From positions 11,709,919-11,773,918 of the forward strand of contig JARDVH010000150.1 of NCBI GenBank assembly GCA_030324005.1: a stretch of DNA of 64,000 nt. The letters run 5' to 3'. The notes under the pieces are model-generated. The model had not been told where the DNA came from. It made no database searches and saw nothing but the letters and a program-made list of their open reading frames with translations. The DNA comes from Negaprion brevirostris. Lineage: Eukaryota. This document shows positions 1-13,210 of this stretch, piece after piece. The first letter of the stretch is position 1; each line of letters opens with the position of its first letter. The position numbers and the translations under genes were made by a program.

Positions 1-659
1 TTGTGATTAATAAGTAAACTTTACATACATTTACCCAGCTAATCTCTCAAAAGCTAAGGGACAATTTAACATGGCCAATCAACCTAACAGGCACATCTTT
101 GGAGTGTGAGAGGAAACTGGAGCACCTGGAGAAAACCCATGGAGACACGGGGAGAACGTGCAAACTCCAAGCCAGGAATCGAACATGAGTCCCTGGCACT
201 GAAGCAGCAGTGCTGATCATTGTGCCACCCACCTTTCATGAAGGTGACTTGTTAATTTGTGCAGCAAAAATAATAACTTTTTAAATAATACAGTACCAAA
301 GAATAAGAGCAGGAGCATAAGCTACTCCTGACATCAGCCCTGATTGGCCTGGCTCTAATTTTAAGGTTATATCCTTTCATCCGCACTCTTACCTGTTGTG
401 GAAACAGTTTTTATCCACCCTCGCAAATGCTTCCAAAATCTTGAACCTCTGAATTACATTACTCCTTATTCATAAACGCTCAAGGAAACATAAGCCAACT
501 TTGAAACCTTTCTTCCTAATTTAACTCCTTTAACTCCAACAGTCAATTTAATTATAAAAAGATCAGAATGGATATGCTCCCAATAGAGCAGTCAGCTCTC
601 AGGATACATAACTTGGAATACTGGAATCTTCAGAACGGACAAGTAAATTCTTTCAATTT

Positions 660-1330
660 TTAAAGAATATTTTTATTAGGAATTTTCCACTTTACGTTCA
701 TCACAAAACGCGACAAATCCCCTAAATATACAAAACCTAGTACAATACAGAATGATCTTTATCCCACAAACATACAGAAAAGGCTAGCAAATATTCATAG
801 AAATGATTCCATTAATCAATCATTGCAATTATTGTCAACACCACCTCTTGTATGGATAAAGAAAGGATACGAAGAAGAGTGAGGAATCTTGGAATAGCAG
901 GATATATTCATGAACATGTGGCCCCATGGTGCACACTCCCCCTCCACAGGATAACAGAGACAGAATTACACATGAGACAAATCCCTTGTGGGATAATATG
1001 CAACCAATCAGAGCCTAATTCAACATCCCAAGACTTCTCAGCAATAAAAAGTTCACTAAGAAAAGGTGAACTTCAGCTTACCACTATTGTTACAGGATGT
1101 GACATGCCGTTTTCCACCAACCAAACCCCACTAACAAGTACAAAAAGCATTGTCAAGATACCCATCAACAAGGTATCTTGGGAAGAGATACAATCCTCCT
1201 CCATGATTAACTGTAACAAATGGGATCCTTTATCAGCACCCCCATCTGAATGAAGAAAGGAAGCCCCAGAAAAGTACCTGTGGTAAAGCATTTTCTGGTT
1301 CAGCAGTCCTCCATAACACAATTCTTTTTA
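660..1330 (-). mobile_element. Possible heavily degraded L1/Tx1-like LINE 3' fragment
   Basis: Minus-strand remnants (KSWDVELG, GHMF) and an AATAAA/A-rich end near 660-677; weak. Confidence 0.35.
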
Positions 1331-1619
1331 ACCCTTTCTTCACTACGTAATTTAAGTTGATGTTTGTTCATTATTAACTGCCCATCCTGAGGAAGTGATG
1401 CTTCCACATTCATTCAAAAATATTCAAGGTTTAAAATACTCCATTGCATTTCTTGGGTGTCTCTATTTCAGTGCAAATAGCCCAAGTGACTCAAAACTCT
1501 CCCTAAAACTGTGGTTTCCAATCCCTGATCTTATCCTCATGAAATGCCCTTTCTGAAAATGGATAGACCAAAACTTCATCCAGAAATCCAGCGGTGACCT
1601 CATTGTTGCGTAGTCCAAA

Positions 1620-2060
1620 TATTTTTTATTCATTTATTGGACATGGGTGTCACTGGCTGGCCAGTATTTATTGCCCATTCCTAAGTGCCCTTGAGAAAAT
1701 GGTGGTGAGCCCCCACCTTAAATCATTGCAGTCCATTTGCTATGAATTGACCCACAATGCTGTCAGGGAGAGAATTCCAGGATTTTAACCCAGTGATTGA
1801 AGGAACGGCGATAAATTTCCAAATCAGGATGATGAGTGGCTTGGGGAGGGAACTTGCAAGTGGTGTTATTCCCATGTACCTGCTGCCCTTGTCCTTTCTA
1901 GATGGTGGTGGTTGTGGGTTTAGATGGTGCTGTCTAAGATCTTTGAATTAATACACGTTGCTGCTACTGAACATTGGTGAGGGAATGGATGTTTTGTGAA
2001 TGTGGCATCAATCAAGCGGGCTGCTTTGTCCTGGATGGTGTCAAGCTGCTTGAATGTTGT
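1620..2060 (-). mobile_element. LINE 3' end sharing its tail with SINE family B
   Basis: Tail gggcaataaatactggccagccag..gacacccatgtcc matches the SINE tail at 2970-3020. Confidence 0.75.
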
Positions 2061-2674
2061 GTTGTTCACTCTTGACTCTTGCTAAAATGCTTTTCATTTT
2101 TTTAATTGGGTCATTTAGCCACCTCCCTCAGTCATCTATCCCCTTCAGTTTCTTTCTGTTGTAAGTATGCATACCTACCTTATTTCTCCCCCCACATTAA
2201 ATTGCACCTGGACCTTGTCTGCTGAATTCTAACCCCTCTCCATCTTCCTTGCCATTTATCAAAGTAAACAGCAATTTTTGTGATTCTATTCCTGTACCCA
2301 CATCCAAATCATTTCTACCAACTGAGGACAAAACTGGGCATAGAACTTGAGATCATGTTCCAGCTTGGATGATTTCCATCAATGCTGAATCTCTAATTCC
2401 TGTCCATTAACCAGTTCTTCAATCATGCTGCTACATTATCTCTCATACCATGTGTCTACATTTGTTTAACAGGTCTCTTGTGATATCTTATCTAATACAT
2501 TTAAAGAAACCTATTAAACATTGCATCCACTCCGTTCCTTCTTTACAATCGCTTTTCCCAAAAAAAATTTCAACTTGTCTGGCATAACTGTAGCAGGTTG
2601 GCAAAGTTTCATTAACCCACAAATTCTATACCTGATCTAATTTTAACACGAATTATGGATTCTAAGAGTTGTGG

Positions 2675-3022
2675 AGGGAGACAGTGACCTTGTATTATCA
2701 CTAGACTATTAATCCAGAAACTCGTGTTTTGGGGACCTGGGTTTGAATCCTGCCATGGCAGATGGTGGAATCTGAATTCAAGAAAAAGAATTTGGAATTA
2801 AGAATCTACTGATGAGCATGAAACCATTGTCGATTGTTGGAAAAACCCATCTGGTTCACTAACATCCTTTAGGGGAGGAAATCTGTCCTTACCTGTTCTG
2901 GCCCATATGAGACCCCAGAGTCGGAGCAATGTGATTGATTCTCAACTACCCTCAAAGGGCAACTCGGGATGGGCAATAAATACTGGCCAGCCAGCGACGC
3001 CCATGTGCCATGAATGAATAAA
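2675..3022 (+). mobile_element. tRNA-headed SINE family B (also ~15735-16060 +, 16564-16840 +, 17630-17880 +, 25935-26325 -, 49690-50080 +, 52290-52585 +, 58262-58620 -)
   Basis: B-box-like ggtttgaatcc, shared body ggttcactaatgtcctttagggaaggaaatctg, shared tail. Confidence 0.85.
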
Positions 3023-3615
3023 GAACTGGTACTCAGCTTGTTATTTTTCTCTAAGCAATCTTCTCTCCTTTCTCTGTACTACATTAGCTACTGTCCAATT
3101 CATCAATGTAATTTGCAGGTTTATGAAAGATTGAAGTAGATTAAGAGTCGGTCACTTTACTGGACCCCTCTTCTTTCATCAAATCGTTAGCTCCTTGGAA
3201 TTAGTAGAGGATTGCATGAGCAATGTTTCCTGTTTTGGATAGTTCATGGGCTGTTAGCTTGGTTGGTAACAATGTCGTACTTGATAATGTTCACGGAATG
3301 AGTTCAGTCCCTGTACTGACAAGTGGTTCTTGGGTCCTGCCCGCTTACTTGCCCCAATGTGAATTCATGACATAATTGAGCCATGATTAGTACTCCTCAG
3401 ATAATGAGGTGGTTGCATGGAGAGAGAAAATTTGTTATCTTTCTGCCACCAGATTGGCAGAAGGGGCATCCATCAATCCTGGATTTAATATTAAATTGTA
3501 AGCCAGTCTAAGGTCCTTGCCCCCCAAGCTATGTGTGACCAAACCTGATATTCCAACTAAGGGTTATGAAAATTATGGCGTTTCTTTGGATTGATTTGTT
3601 TTCCTTTGTTTCCAG

Positions 3616-3711
3616 CCACAAGGGATAGGTGAACCAAGTGTTTACCATGCAGTGATTGTCATCTTCTTGGAGTTCTTCGCTTGGGGATTGCTGACAACTC
3701 CTATGTTAACA
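3616..3711 (+). CDS. MFSD14A: MFSD14A/HIAT1-family MFS transporter, exon 2 (PQGIGEPSVYHAVIVIFLEFFAWGLLTTPMLT)
   Basis: tttccag acceptor, gtgagt donor, 96 nt phase 0-0; translation matches HIAT1 TM1. Paralog assignment uncertain; exon 1 not found in window. Confidence 0.95.
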
Positions 3712-4509
3712 GTGAGTACAATGTTTACCATTCGTCTTTCTTTAAATAGTGATTCCCATTGCGTGGTTCAGTGCAAAAATTCCCAATAGGGTGTTAACTA
3801 AGCCATGTGCCTTTGGCAAGTCCAATGTTCCATTGCTAGTTTCTCAGCTGAGATGGAGAGCTGTTGGCATCCTTAGAGAAGTCATGCTGCTGATCGCAGT
3901 GCCACAACTTGATTGTTGCTGGAATATGCACAAGTAACGAGCTAGTATTCACTGACCAGACTGTCTCGGGAAAAATAGTTGGTTGTGTAACTATTGATGG
4001 GCTGTCAGTCCCTGCAGAATTATTATTCATTTTGTTTTAAGCACCACTCTAGCCAAAATGCTACAGTGCAACGGCATGTTTTTTGAATCCCTCAGCACTA
4101 TGCATCAGCCGACAAAGCAGCAAAACCTGCAGCTCAAGATCCTACCACTGTTTAGTGATCCCTGCGGAAATGCATTGAAAGCATTGATCAGGATGAAGGC
4201 ACAAATTTTTGTGGTCCACTCGTGGATTCCTCAACAAACAATTTTCAAACAGTTCTTCAAGAAAGATAATGAGAGGAGATAGTTTGCAGTGGATTTGAGG
4301 GGGGTGGGGGGGGGCGCGATTAAATACTCGGGGAATATTTTGAAAAGGCTCTTACAATTGGGATGTTTTGCCTTGCTTCACCCTGACCCCTAGAATCTGT
4401 ATATTCTCGTTGTGGAATAAAACCTTGAGAATAGGAATACTCTGGCTCTTGTTTCACTATGAAAGAAAAATAAATTGCACAAGTGCCATCTGTTTCTGAT
4501 ACACTGGCG

Positions 4510-4925
4510 CAGCATGGTGACGTAGTGGTTAGTGTTGCCGCCTCACAGCGCCAGGGACCCGTATTCGATTCCCAGCTTGGGTCACTGTGTGGAGCTTGCA
4601 CATTCTCCCTGTGTCTGTTTAAAAAAAGTCAAGGTTTATTTATTTATTAGTCACAAGTAGGCTTACGTTAACATTGCAATGAAATTACTGTGAAATTCTC
4701 ACTCTCCGGTGCCTTTTTGGGTCAGTGCATCTAACCAGTCTGTGTGGGTTTCTTCTGGGTGCTCTGGTTTTCTCCCACAGTCCAAAACACCTGTTTAGGT
4801 GCATTGGCCATGCTAAATTCGCCCTCAGTTTACCCGAACAAGCGCCTGAGTGTGGTGACTAGGGGATTTTCACAGTAACTTCATTGTAGTGTTAATGTAA
4901 GCCTACTTGTGACCAATAAACTTAG
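4510..4925 (+). mobile_element. HE1-like V-SINE (also ~50-232 -, 16859-17135 -, 25078-25372 -, 35090-35512 -, 53130-53445 +, 56875-57128 +, 57487-57805 -, 59895-60135 +, 61088-61350 +, 62530-62795 -, 63718-64000 +)
   Basis: tRNA head (gtggttag..ctgctgcctcacag...ttcgattccc) plus conserved core ttctccccgtgtctgcgtgggtttcctccgggtgctcc repeated many times in the window. Confidence 0.9.
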
Positions 4926-5112
4926 TTGTACAAATCGTGCAGCTAATATCATCACCAGATGTGGCAAGGATATGTTGATTTTGCTGCTGGCTGCAAGAGA
5001 CCCATGTGTTGTCAGATTGTAGCAGCAGCACAGTGTAAAGTGACTTAGCAAAATAATGTGCCTCTGCAACCCAGCATTATAACTTCATGAGATAACATTT
5101 AGTTTTCCTTAG

Positions 5113-5175
5113 GTTTTGCATCAGACATTCCCTCAACACACGTTTCTAATGAATGGACTTATTCATGGGGTGAAG
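5113..5175 (+). CDS. MFSD14A: MFSD14A-like exon 3 (VLHQTFPQHTFLMNGLIHGVK)
   Basis: ccttag acceptor, gtaaga donor, 63 nt phase 0-0. Confidence 0.95.
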
Positions 5176-5834
5176 GTAAGAAAATGCAATTGCGCTGAAA
5201 GCAAAACATTTCAATATTCTGTTTGACTTAAATGGCTAATTTGAGATTGGACACCTTGCCTTATTTAAGAACCAGCATCAGCTTTTTGTTGATTTGCATG
5301 TGTAAAATTACAATTCTTTTGAAAGTAGTAGAAAATAATCATGTGGGAAATGAATGAAAGAAAATGGTAAAAGAATTCTGCAGATTCAGGAGTGTGAAAA
5401 ATGAAGGGAGCTTAATGTTTAAGCCTTGATTCTTTCAGATGGCTTGACTTACACTGCGCCATTTCAGCAGTTTGTTTAGTTCACAAAAGCACCAATTAAT
5501 ACACTCCAGCTAAGTGGACTAACCACTTATAATGTACTGAATGTATATCCCTTGAATTACACATGTAACAGTCAGCCACCTCCAAGTGCTTCTCTCTTTC
5601 ATCCCTTCAGTTATGACATACATCATCTGGGTACTTTGTGTCATTACATTTCGGGTGAATGGCTATTTGGAGTGAATGACGTCATTTTGATAGACCCTAG
5701 CACTGTTACTCCACTTTTGGGAGTATATTAGAAAATCTTCCCTCAAGTCAATCTCCCATGTCAATCTGTCAAGTTCACTTCCCACCATGGATCAATGGTG
5801 TGGTGAATCTGGCAGAAGGTCACAAAACCTCAAC

Positions 5835-5953
5835 GGGTTGGAGTCATGCCTGGCACAAAGGAAGATGTTGCAGTTGTTGCAAGTCAACAACCTCAGTTCC
5901 AGGGCATCACAGCAGGAGTTCCTCAGGATAGTACCTTAGGCTCAGCCATCTTC
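5835..5953 (+). mobile_element. LINE reverse transcriptase fragment
   Basis: QGITAGVPQDSTLGSAIF resembles the RT GVPQGSVLGP motif; runs into a gap. Confidence 0.75.
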
Positions 5954-6124
5954 NNNNNNNNNNNNNNNNNNNNNNNNNNNNNNNNNNNNNNNNNNNNNNN
6001 NNNNNNNNNNNNNNNNNNNNNNNNNNNNNNNNNNNNNNNNNNNNNNNNNNNNNGCAGCCCAAGTACGACCCATCGCGTGTATGCCCCTCGTTGGACACAA
6101 GGCGGACCGACTTAAAACCTGTGA

Positions 6125-6920
6125 ATGAAACAGGCCCTTCGGCCCAATTTGTCCATGCTGCCCTTTTTTTAAACCCCTAGGCTAATCCCAGTTGCCTGCA
6201 TTTGGCCCATATCCCTCTATACCCATCATACCTATGTAACTACCTAACTGCTTTTTAAAAGACAAAATTGTACCACCTCTACTATTACCTCTGGCAACTT
6301 GTTCCAGACACTCACCACCCTCTGTGTGAAAAAAATGCCCCCTTGACACTCTTGTATCTCTTCCTTCTCACCTTAAACCTATGCCCTCTAGTTTTAGACT
6401 CCTCTACCTTTGGGAAAACATATTGACTGTCTAGCTGATCTGTGCCCCTTATTATTTTATAGACCACTATAAGATCATCTCTCAGCCTCCTACACTCCAG
6501 AAAAAAAAGTCCCAGTCTATCTGACTGTTCCTCATCACTCAATCCATCAAATCCCGGTAACATCCTAGTAAATCTTTTCTGCACTCTTTCTAGTTTAATA
6601 ATATCCTTTCTATAATAGGGTGACAAAAATCGCACACAGTATTCCAAGTGTGACCTTACCAATGTCTTGCACAACTTCAACAAGACATCCCAACTCCTCA
6701 ATTCAATGTTCTGACTGATGAAACCAAGCATGCCAAATGCCTTCTTAGCCACTCTGTCCACCTGTGACTCCACTTTCAATGAGCTATGAACATGTACTCC
6801 TAGATCCCTTTGTTCTGTAACTCTCCTCAACACCCTACCATTAACTGAGTAAGTCCTGCCCTGGTTCAATCTACCAAAATGCACCACCTCGCATTTGTCT
6901 AAATTAAACTCCATCTTAAA
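6125..6920 (-). mobile_element. CR1 LINE ORF2 3' part, 5'-truncated
   Basis: ORF 6312..6926: FNLDKCEVVHFG, RDLGVHV, LVRSHLEYCV, LERVQKRFTRMLPG. Confidence 0.92.
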
Positions 6921-8014
6921 CTCCAAGTTAAACTCCCAGGTTTTGGGATTTATGTTAACTGGGTGGCCCTAAGAATTTCTTATTATATTTACCCAGATTT
7001 TATTTGCCATGTCCCAAGCAGTGTGCCCATGAAAATATTCAATGGGCCAGCTTCCACCACTCCTTGGAGAAGAGAATTCCACAGACTTGCAACTTCTGAA
7101 ATAATTTTTTTAATCCTCATCCCTGTCTTAAGTGGGAGACTCCTGATTTTTTTAAACTATATCCCTTAGTTCTGATGCCCTGCAAAGGGAAACATCCTTT
7201 CAGTGTCCATTCTATCAAGTCCCCTCAGGAACTTGTTTGTTTCAATAAAATCCTGTTCTTCTAAACTGCAATGGAAACAAGTCCAATTGGTCCAACCTTT
7301 CCTCACAGGATAGCCCTCTTAACCAAGGAATCAGTCAAGTGAGCCTTCTCTGAACTGCTAATGCAATTATGCACATTTTTAAAATGAGACCAAAACTGCA
7401 CAAGATATTTAAGATATGTTCTCCCCAAGGACCTGTACAACTGTAGTACTTTTGAATACCATTCTCTTTGCATTTCCCTTGTCCTATGAGGAAGTAGAAA
7501 TATCACTGTGCAGCTACTCAGTCTTTTGGTCAAGGCGAGTGGTGTCAGCCTTAAAGAACGGCTTCCTATCGATGCCCCTCTAACAACAGCGCATTGTTTG
7601 TTTTCTTGCTTTCAGAAATAATTCTGTTCAAGAAGTTAGCTGAACTGGATGATACAAGCAAATTTAATTGAGATACAATTGTTGCCCTCTGGAACTTCCA
7701 GTATTTATGTAGTTACAATTCTTTAGAAGCCCCTAAGATGGTCAGATCAATAAATCTTCCGAGCAGTAATTATTGAAATATGCACATCTTTCACGTTCAG
7801 CCTCCCTGCTGTATTACTGCTTTTGGACGGGTTCTAGTGAAGGAATTCCTGTCTCTGCTCCACTCTGTTGCCAGTAGGCCTAGTGTACGCTTCCAACATT
7901 TTCAGATTTGCAGCATTTTGATCTTTTTATTCATCATCTAGAATCAAATACTCTGATTAAACCAGGGTGTGTGTAATATTTTAATTACTTCTAATGCCTT
8001 GTTTTGATCCGCAG

Positions 8015-8142
8015 GGAATATTATCGTTTCTCAGTGCTCCTCTGATTGGAGCTTTGTCAGATGTTTGGGGCAGGAAGTCCTTTCTTCTCTTAACTGTGTT
8101 CTTCACCTGTGCCCCCATTCCTCTCATGAGAATAAGCCCCTG
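8015..8142 (+). CDS. MFSD14A: MFSD14A-like exon 4 (GILSFLSAPLIGALSDVWGRKSFLLLTVFFTCAPIPLMRISP-W)
   Basis: ccgcag / gtgagt, 128 nt phase 0-2; contains MFS motif A GALSDVWGRK. Confidence 0.96.
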
Positions 8143-9089
8143 GTGAGTGTCTGCAATATGCTGTATTACATTGTACATCAGAACAAAAACACAAAGTATT
8201 GTCTGATACACTTGTAATATGTTTCTAAGCCACATTGTGACAGTAGGTTTGATTGTTTTATACTGATTTCAGGAAATAAATAAGATTGTAAAGTATGTTT
8301 TCAAAACTTATCCTGCGTTTCAAATTGTTACGATTGACAATTAAGTTCCCTTCTTGATGCACTTGAGAGTGGCATGCAGCAGGTTTATACCAGAGTCTTT
8401 TATGTAGCTTGTTCCTGATCTTGCCTTTCACTGTCAAAGCTGGGGTTTCCTGGCTAGCCGCTTACGGCAAGATCATTGTGGGTATCAAGAGCTTGATACA
8501 AGGGATGGCCATCAATGTTGGAGGAGTTTGCAGGTTTCATAGCTGTAGAGAGATTTGACTAGTTGAACTAGCTAAAATTGATTATTCTCTCCGTGAGTTC
8601 AGACAATGTTAGAAGAACGTGAGCAATGAAAAGGATAAGATTTGAAAAATAAGTCGAATGAAACTTTTCTGAGGTGGCATTGAAGCCCACAGTACAAATA
8701 GCTTTAAGCCAATTAACTGGTTTTCTGCAGCAAGAAAGGACACCTAAATAGGTGGACCTGGAGTGCCGGAACCCTAAGTGTCACGTGTCTGTCTAAAAAC
8801 TGAAGGGAACTTGCTGCTAAACACAATTTTGTACCCCACGAAATGTCCTGATGTTCTCAGAAGGGCTCAATGGGTGGGAATTAGAAACCATAGCCCTGCT
8901 TCAAAGTATCTCTAATACACTTTGAGCAAAGGTTGTTCCGTGTGTGCTGTTGCTTGTACCTGTATATTTACAGCTTATATGCTGACCCAGATGCCATTCA
9001 TTTCCAAACCAGCTGTTTTTCTACTCTTGGTTTGTGTTTGGGGTTCCAACAATCTGAAACTTAGTTTTTTTGTGTGCTTTCCTCCATAG

Positions 9090-9204
9090 GTGGTACTTTG
9101 CGGTGATTTCTATGTCTGGAGTATTTGCGGTCACGTTTTCAGTGATATTTGCCTACGTAGCAGATATAACTCAGGAGCACGAGAGGAGCACAGCTTATGG
9201 ACTT
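9090..9204 (+). CDS. MFSD14A: MFSD14A-like exon 5 (WYFAVISMSGVFAVTFSVIFAYVADITQEHERSTAYGL)
   Basis: ccatag / gtaagt, 115 nt phase 2-0; inside ORF 9070..9294. Confidence 0.96.
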
Positions 9205-9789
9205 GTAAGTTTCAAAACTGGAGCTAAAAAGGACATGCCTTATTCCATTCTGAGGCCTTGTTTAGGATTTAGCCCACCAAGGGGCTTTGGCTAATTATTA
9301 TTACTGGAGATTCACCTGCACCTCCTGAAGCAATGAACACTTGTTCAAGAGCCATCTCAAACTCAGCTCTGGGACTCAAACTCAGAGATTCTAGCTCAGA
9401 GAGGCAGGGACACGACCCACCTCAAAACCACCTTCATGCATGTCTTCAATACGTAGTCTGTGTCAACTGTCCACAGCAATATTGGAGAAATATTATGTTC
9501 TCTGACATGGCATCCTTTTAGATGAGATTCTAAACCATGTTTTCCTCCCCAGCACCTGCCCACCCCAGCTCCCAACCTGGTTGAGCATGTTAATAATTCC
9601 ATGAGCAGGGAATTCTCCCTGGTGCCCTGGCTGGCATTCCTCCATCAATGTGGCAGCACACAAATTACTAATCAGCTGGTCATTAATTTACTTACTGTTT
9701 GTGGACCATTGCAGCTTGTGGATTGTGAAGCACTTTAAGGCATTCAGCGTGATGAGACATTGATCAATAACAAATAGTTTCATGCATAA

Positions 9790-11235
9790 AATCAGGTGTG
9801 AGACTTGTAGATGACAAGGCTCTTGGGTGCATTAGCACAGGAATGCTGAATGTTAGCATGCAGGTACAGCAGGCAAATAGGATGACAGGTTGGCCTTTAT
9901 TGCAAGGGAATTGGAATACAAGAATAAGGAAGTCATGTTGCTGTTGCACAGGGTTATGGTGACATTGTACCAGGAGTACTAAGTGCTGTATTGACCTTTT
10001 TGGCCTTGGCCAAAATCTTTTTATCCTCTAGCCGTGGATAAGGTACCAGCAGATTGGAGAGTAACTAACATTGTTCTTCTGTTTAAGGAGGCAGAAGAGA
10101 AATTACAGGTCTGTGAGTCTGACATCAGTGATGTGGAAATTATTGGCAAAAGTTCTCAGATATGTGCTCATATCTGGAAGTGAAGAGGCTTATTAGTGGT
10201 AAGCAGCATGGTTTTGTGAAGAGGAGATCATGTCTCTCAAACTTGATTGAGTTCTTTGAGGAAGTGACAAAAAAATTGACCAGGGCAGGACAGTGGATGT
10301 TGTGAGCATGGACTTTAGTGAAGCCTTTGATAAGGTTCCTCATGGCAGGTTGATACAGAAGGTGAAGTCATATGGGATCCTAGGTGAGGTGGTGAGAGGG
10401 CTTGAGCAAAGAAAGCAGTGAGTAGCAGTAGAAGGGTGCTTTTCTAACTGGAGGCCTGACAAGTGGTTCCACGAGGATCAGTACTGGGACCTCTGTTGTT
10501 TGTCATACATATAAATGATTTGAAGAAAAATGTAGGTGATACAAAAATTGAGGGAGTAGTGGATAGTGAGGAGGATTGTCAGAGGATACAGCAGGATATA
10601 AATCAGCTGGAGATCTGGGCTCAAAGATGGCAAATGTGAGGTGATGCAATTTGGATTGAGTATAGGAATTGGAAAATCATTTTGCAGCTGTATAAGACAT
10701 TGGTTAAGCTGCATTTGGAGTATTGTATACAATTCTGATTGCGACACTACCGGAAGGATGTTAATTCTTTGGAAAAGGTGCAGAAGAGATTTAGCAGGAT
10801 GTTGCCTGGTTTGGAGGATATAGTCTATGAAGAAAGGTTGAACAAACTTGGATTGTTTTCATTGAGTGTCAGAGATGAGGGAGAAACCTGGTAGAGGTTT
10901 ACAAGATTATGACAGCCTTTTAACCAGCATTGCAGAGTCAATTACTCAGGAGCATAGGTTGAAAATGAGAGGAGAAAGTTTAAAAGAGATGTAAAGGACA
11001 AGTTTTTTTTACACAGGATGGTGAATGCCTGGAACGCGCTGCTGGAGGTCGAGAGGGAAATAGATTCTATAACAATGTTCAAGAGGCATCTGGATAAATA
11101 TGTGAATAGGCAGGGAATAGAGGGATATGGACCACTTAAAGGCAAGAAAATATTAGATTAGAGAGGCATCTATGTCAGCATAGACTTGGTGGGCCAAAGG
11201 CCCTGTTCCTGTGCTGTACTGTTCTTTGTTCTTTG
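9790..11235 (+). mobile_element. CR1 LINE RT and 3' tail, degraded
   Basis: QHGFVKRRSCLSNL, DFSEAFDKVPH and VPRGSVLGPLLF remnants; CR1 tail. Confidence 0.9.
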
Positions 11236-11269
11236 GAACTCCCAGCCTGAGAAAACAAACAACAAAGGC

Positions 11270-12053
11270 ACCCAACCCTCAGAAAAAATTCTACTTATGT
11301 CTGTCTTAAAGGGTGACCTGTAATTTTAAAACGGCTCCCCCTCATTCTGGACTTACCCACAAGTGGAAACATCCTTTCCATGTCCACCTTGGCGATTCAG
11401 AATCCTGCATAATTCAATCAAGCCATTCCTCACTCTTTAAAAACTCCAGTGGAAACAAGTCCGGTCTGTCCAATCTATCGTTGCAAGACAGCCTGCTCAT
11501 TCCAAGTATCAATGTAGTTAACCTGTTCTGCACCACCTCCAAAGCACTTGTACCTTTGTTAAATAAGGGGACCAAAAACTACACACACTAGGTATGATCA
11601 CACCAATGCTCTTGTAATAAAAGAAAGTATTCCATTAGCTTTCCTAATTCATGCATTAACTTTTTGTGACTCGTGCACTAGAACACCTGGATCCCTCTAC
11701 ACCTCAGAATTCTGCAGCTGTTTTCCGTTTGTGATACTTTTTTTATTCGTCCCATCAAAGTAAACGATACATTTTCCCGCATTATACTCCATCTGCCAGA
11801 TTTCTGGTCGCTCACTCACCCTAAGTTTTGTCTTCTTCACAACATTGTTTCCTACCTATCTGTGCCATCTGAAAATTTAGCTACCATGCCCTCACTTCCC
11901 TTACCTAAGTCATTGATACGAATTATAAAAGGTTGAGACTGTAGCACAGACCCCACTTGTTATGTCCTGTCAATCAGAAAAAGACCTGTTTATGCGTACT
12001 GTTTTGTCAGCCAGTCAATTTTCTATCCACGCTAATACATTACCCCCCTCCGA

Positions 12054-12092
<39 letters not shown>

Positions 12093-13210
12093 GCGCGCGC
12101 GCACATGCACATGTACACATATATATACCAGGAGCTTTTATTTTCTGCAATAACCTTTGATGTGGCACCTTATCAGATACCTTCTGGAGACCCAGGTGCA
12201 GCATGTCGTAAGGCTCTCCGATATCCACAGCACATGTTACTCCAATAGTTTGATTAAATATGATTTCCCTTTCACAAAATCATGCTGATTCCTCACCTTT
12301 ATCTTGAGTTTCTCTAAGTGCTTAGCCCTTAATGACTGATTCTACTATCTCCTCCAGGACAGTTGTCAATCTACCAGGTCTATAGTTTTCTGCATCCTTC
12401 CTTTCATTAGCAGGGTTATCTTTGCTACTTTCCAGCCTCAGTGAACCTTTCCGGATTCGATAGGGTCTTTTAAGAGACTTTTGGACAAGTACGTGGGACT
12501 TAGTAAGATAGAGGGTTATAGATATGCCGAGTAGGTAGTGATATGTTGGCACAAGTTGTGGGCGGAAGGGCCTGTTTGTGCTTAGTTTTTCTATGTTCTG
12601 TGTTTCCAAAATCTAGCAAATATTGGAAAATTAACATCATCACATCTGCTACCTCATCATCCACTTCTTTTAAGACTGAATGGGGAAGTCCGTCAGGTCC
12701 CGGAGACTTGTCAGCTGCACACAGCTTGATCAATTTGCTCAGTACAGCTTCCTTGTGATTTATAATTTCACCAAGCTCTCCTCTCCCTTCCACCTCTAGG
12801 TTTACAGCTATCACTGGATTTTATTTCTCCTTTTAAAGTGAAGACAGAACAAAATATTTGTTCATTACATCCACCATTTCTTAATTTATAATTAACTCCC
12901 CATTGTCACTGTAGAGAACCAAGACTCACTTTACTTTTTTCCTTTTTAAATGCCTGTAGAAACTTCTGTTCTGTTTTTACATTTCTGGCCCTCCTCCTCT
13001 TGTACTGATTTCTTCCCCTGATTAACTTTTTAGTCATTCTCTGCTGTTTACGTTTTGACCAATCATCTCACTCATCTTGCACATTTGTGCACTTTATCCT
13101 TAAGTTTGATGCTTTCCTTACCTCAATTTAACCACGGATGGTGGGTCCTACACTCAAAAAATGGTTTTATAGTAGGAGTGTGGTTATCCTGACTATTCTG
13201 AAATATTCCC
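11270..13210 (-). mobile_element. Older CR1 LINE ORF2 with nested tail fragment and microsatellite
   Basis: DKSPGPDGLPHSVLKE, NYRPGRLT, DKVPHQRLLQKIKA in minus-strand ORFs. Confidence 0.85.
12055..12128. repeat. Compound (AC)n(GC)n microsatellite
   Basis: 74 bp of uninterrupted purine/pyrimidine alternation. Confidence 0.95.

Noticed and set aside
852-1253. 133-aa + strand ORF
   Set aside because: No recognisable motif or splice support; probably antisense to a degraded LINE and not MFSD14 exon 1.
6312-6926. 204-aa ORF as a host gene
   Set aside because: It is the C-terminal part of a truncated CR1 ORF2.
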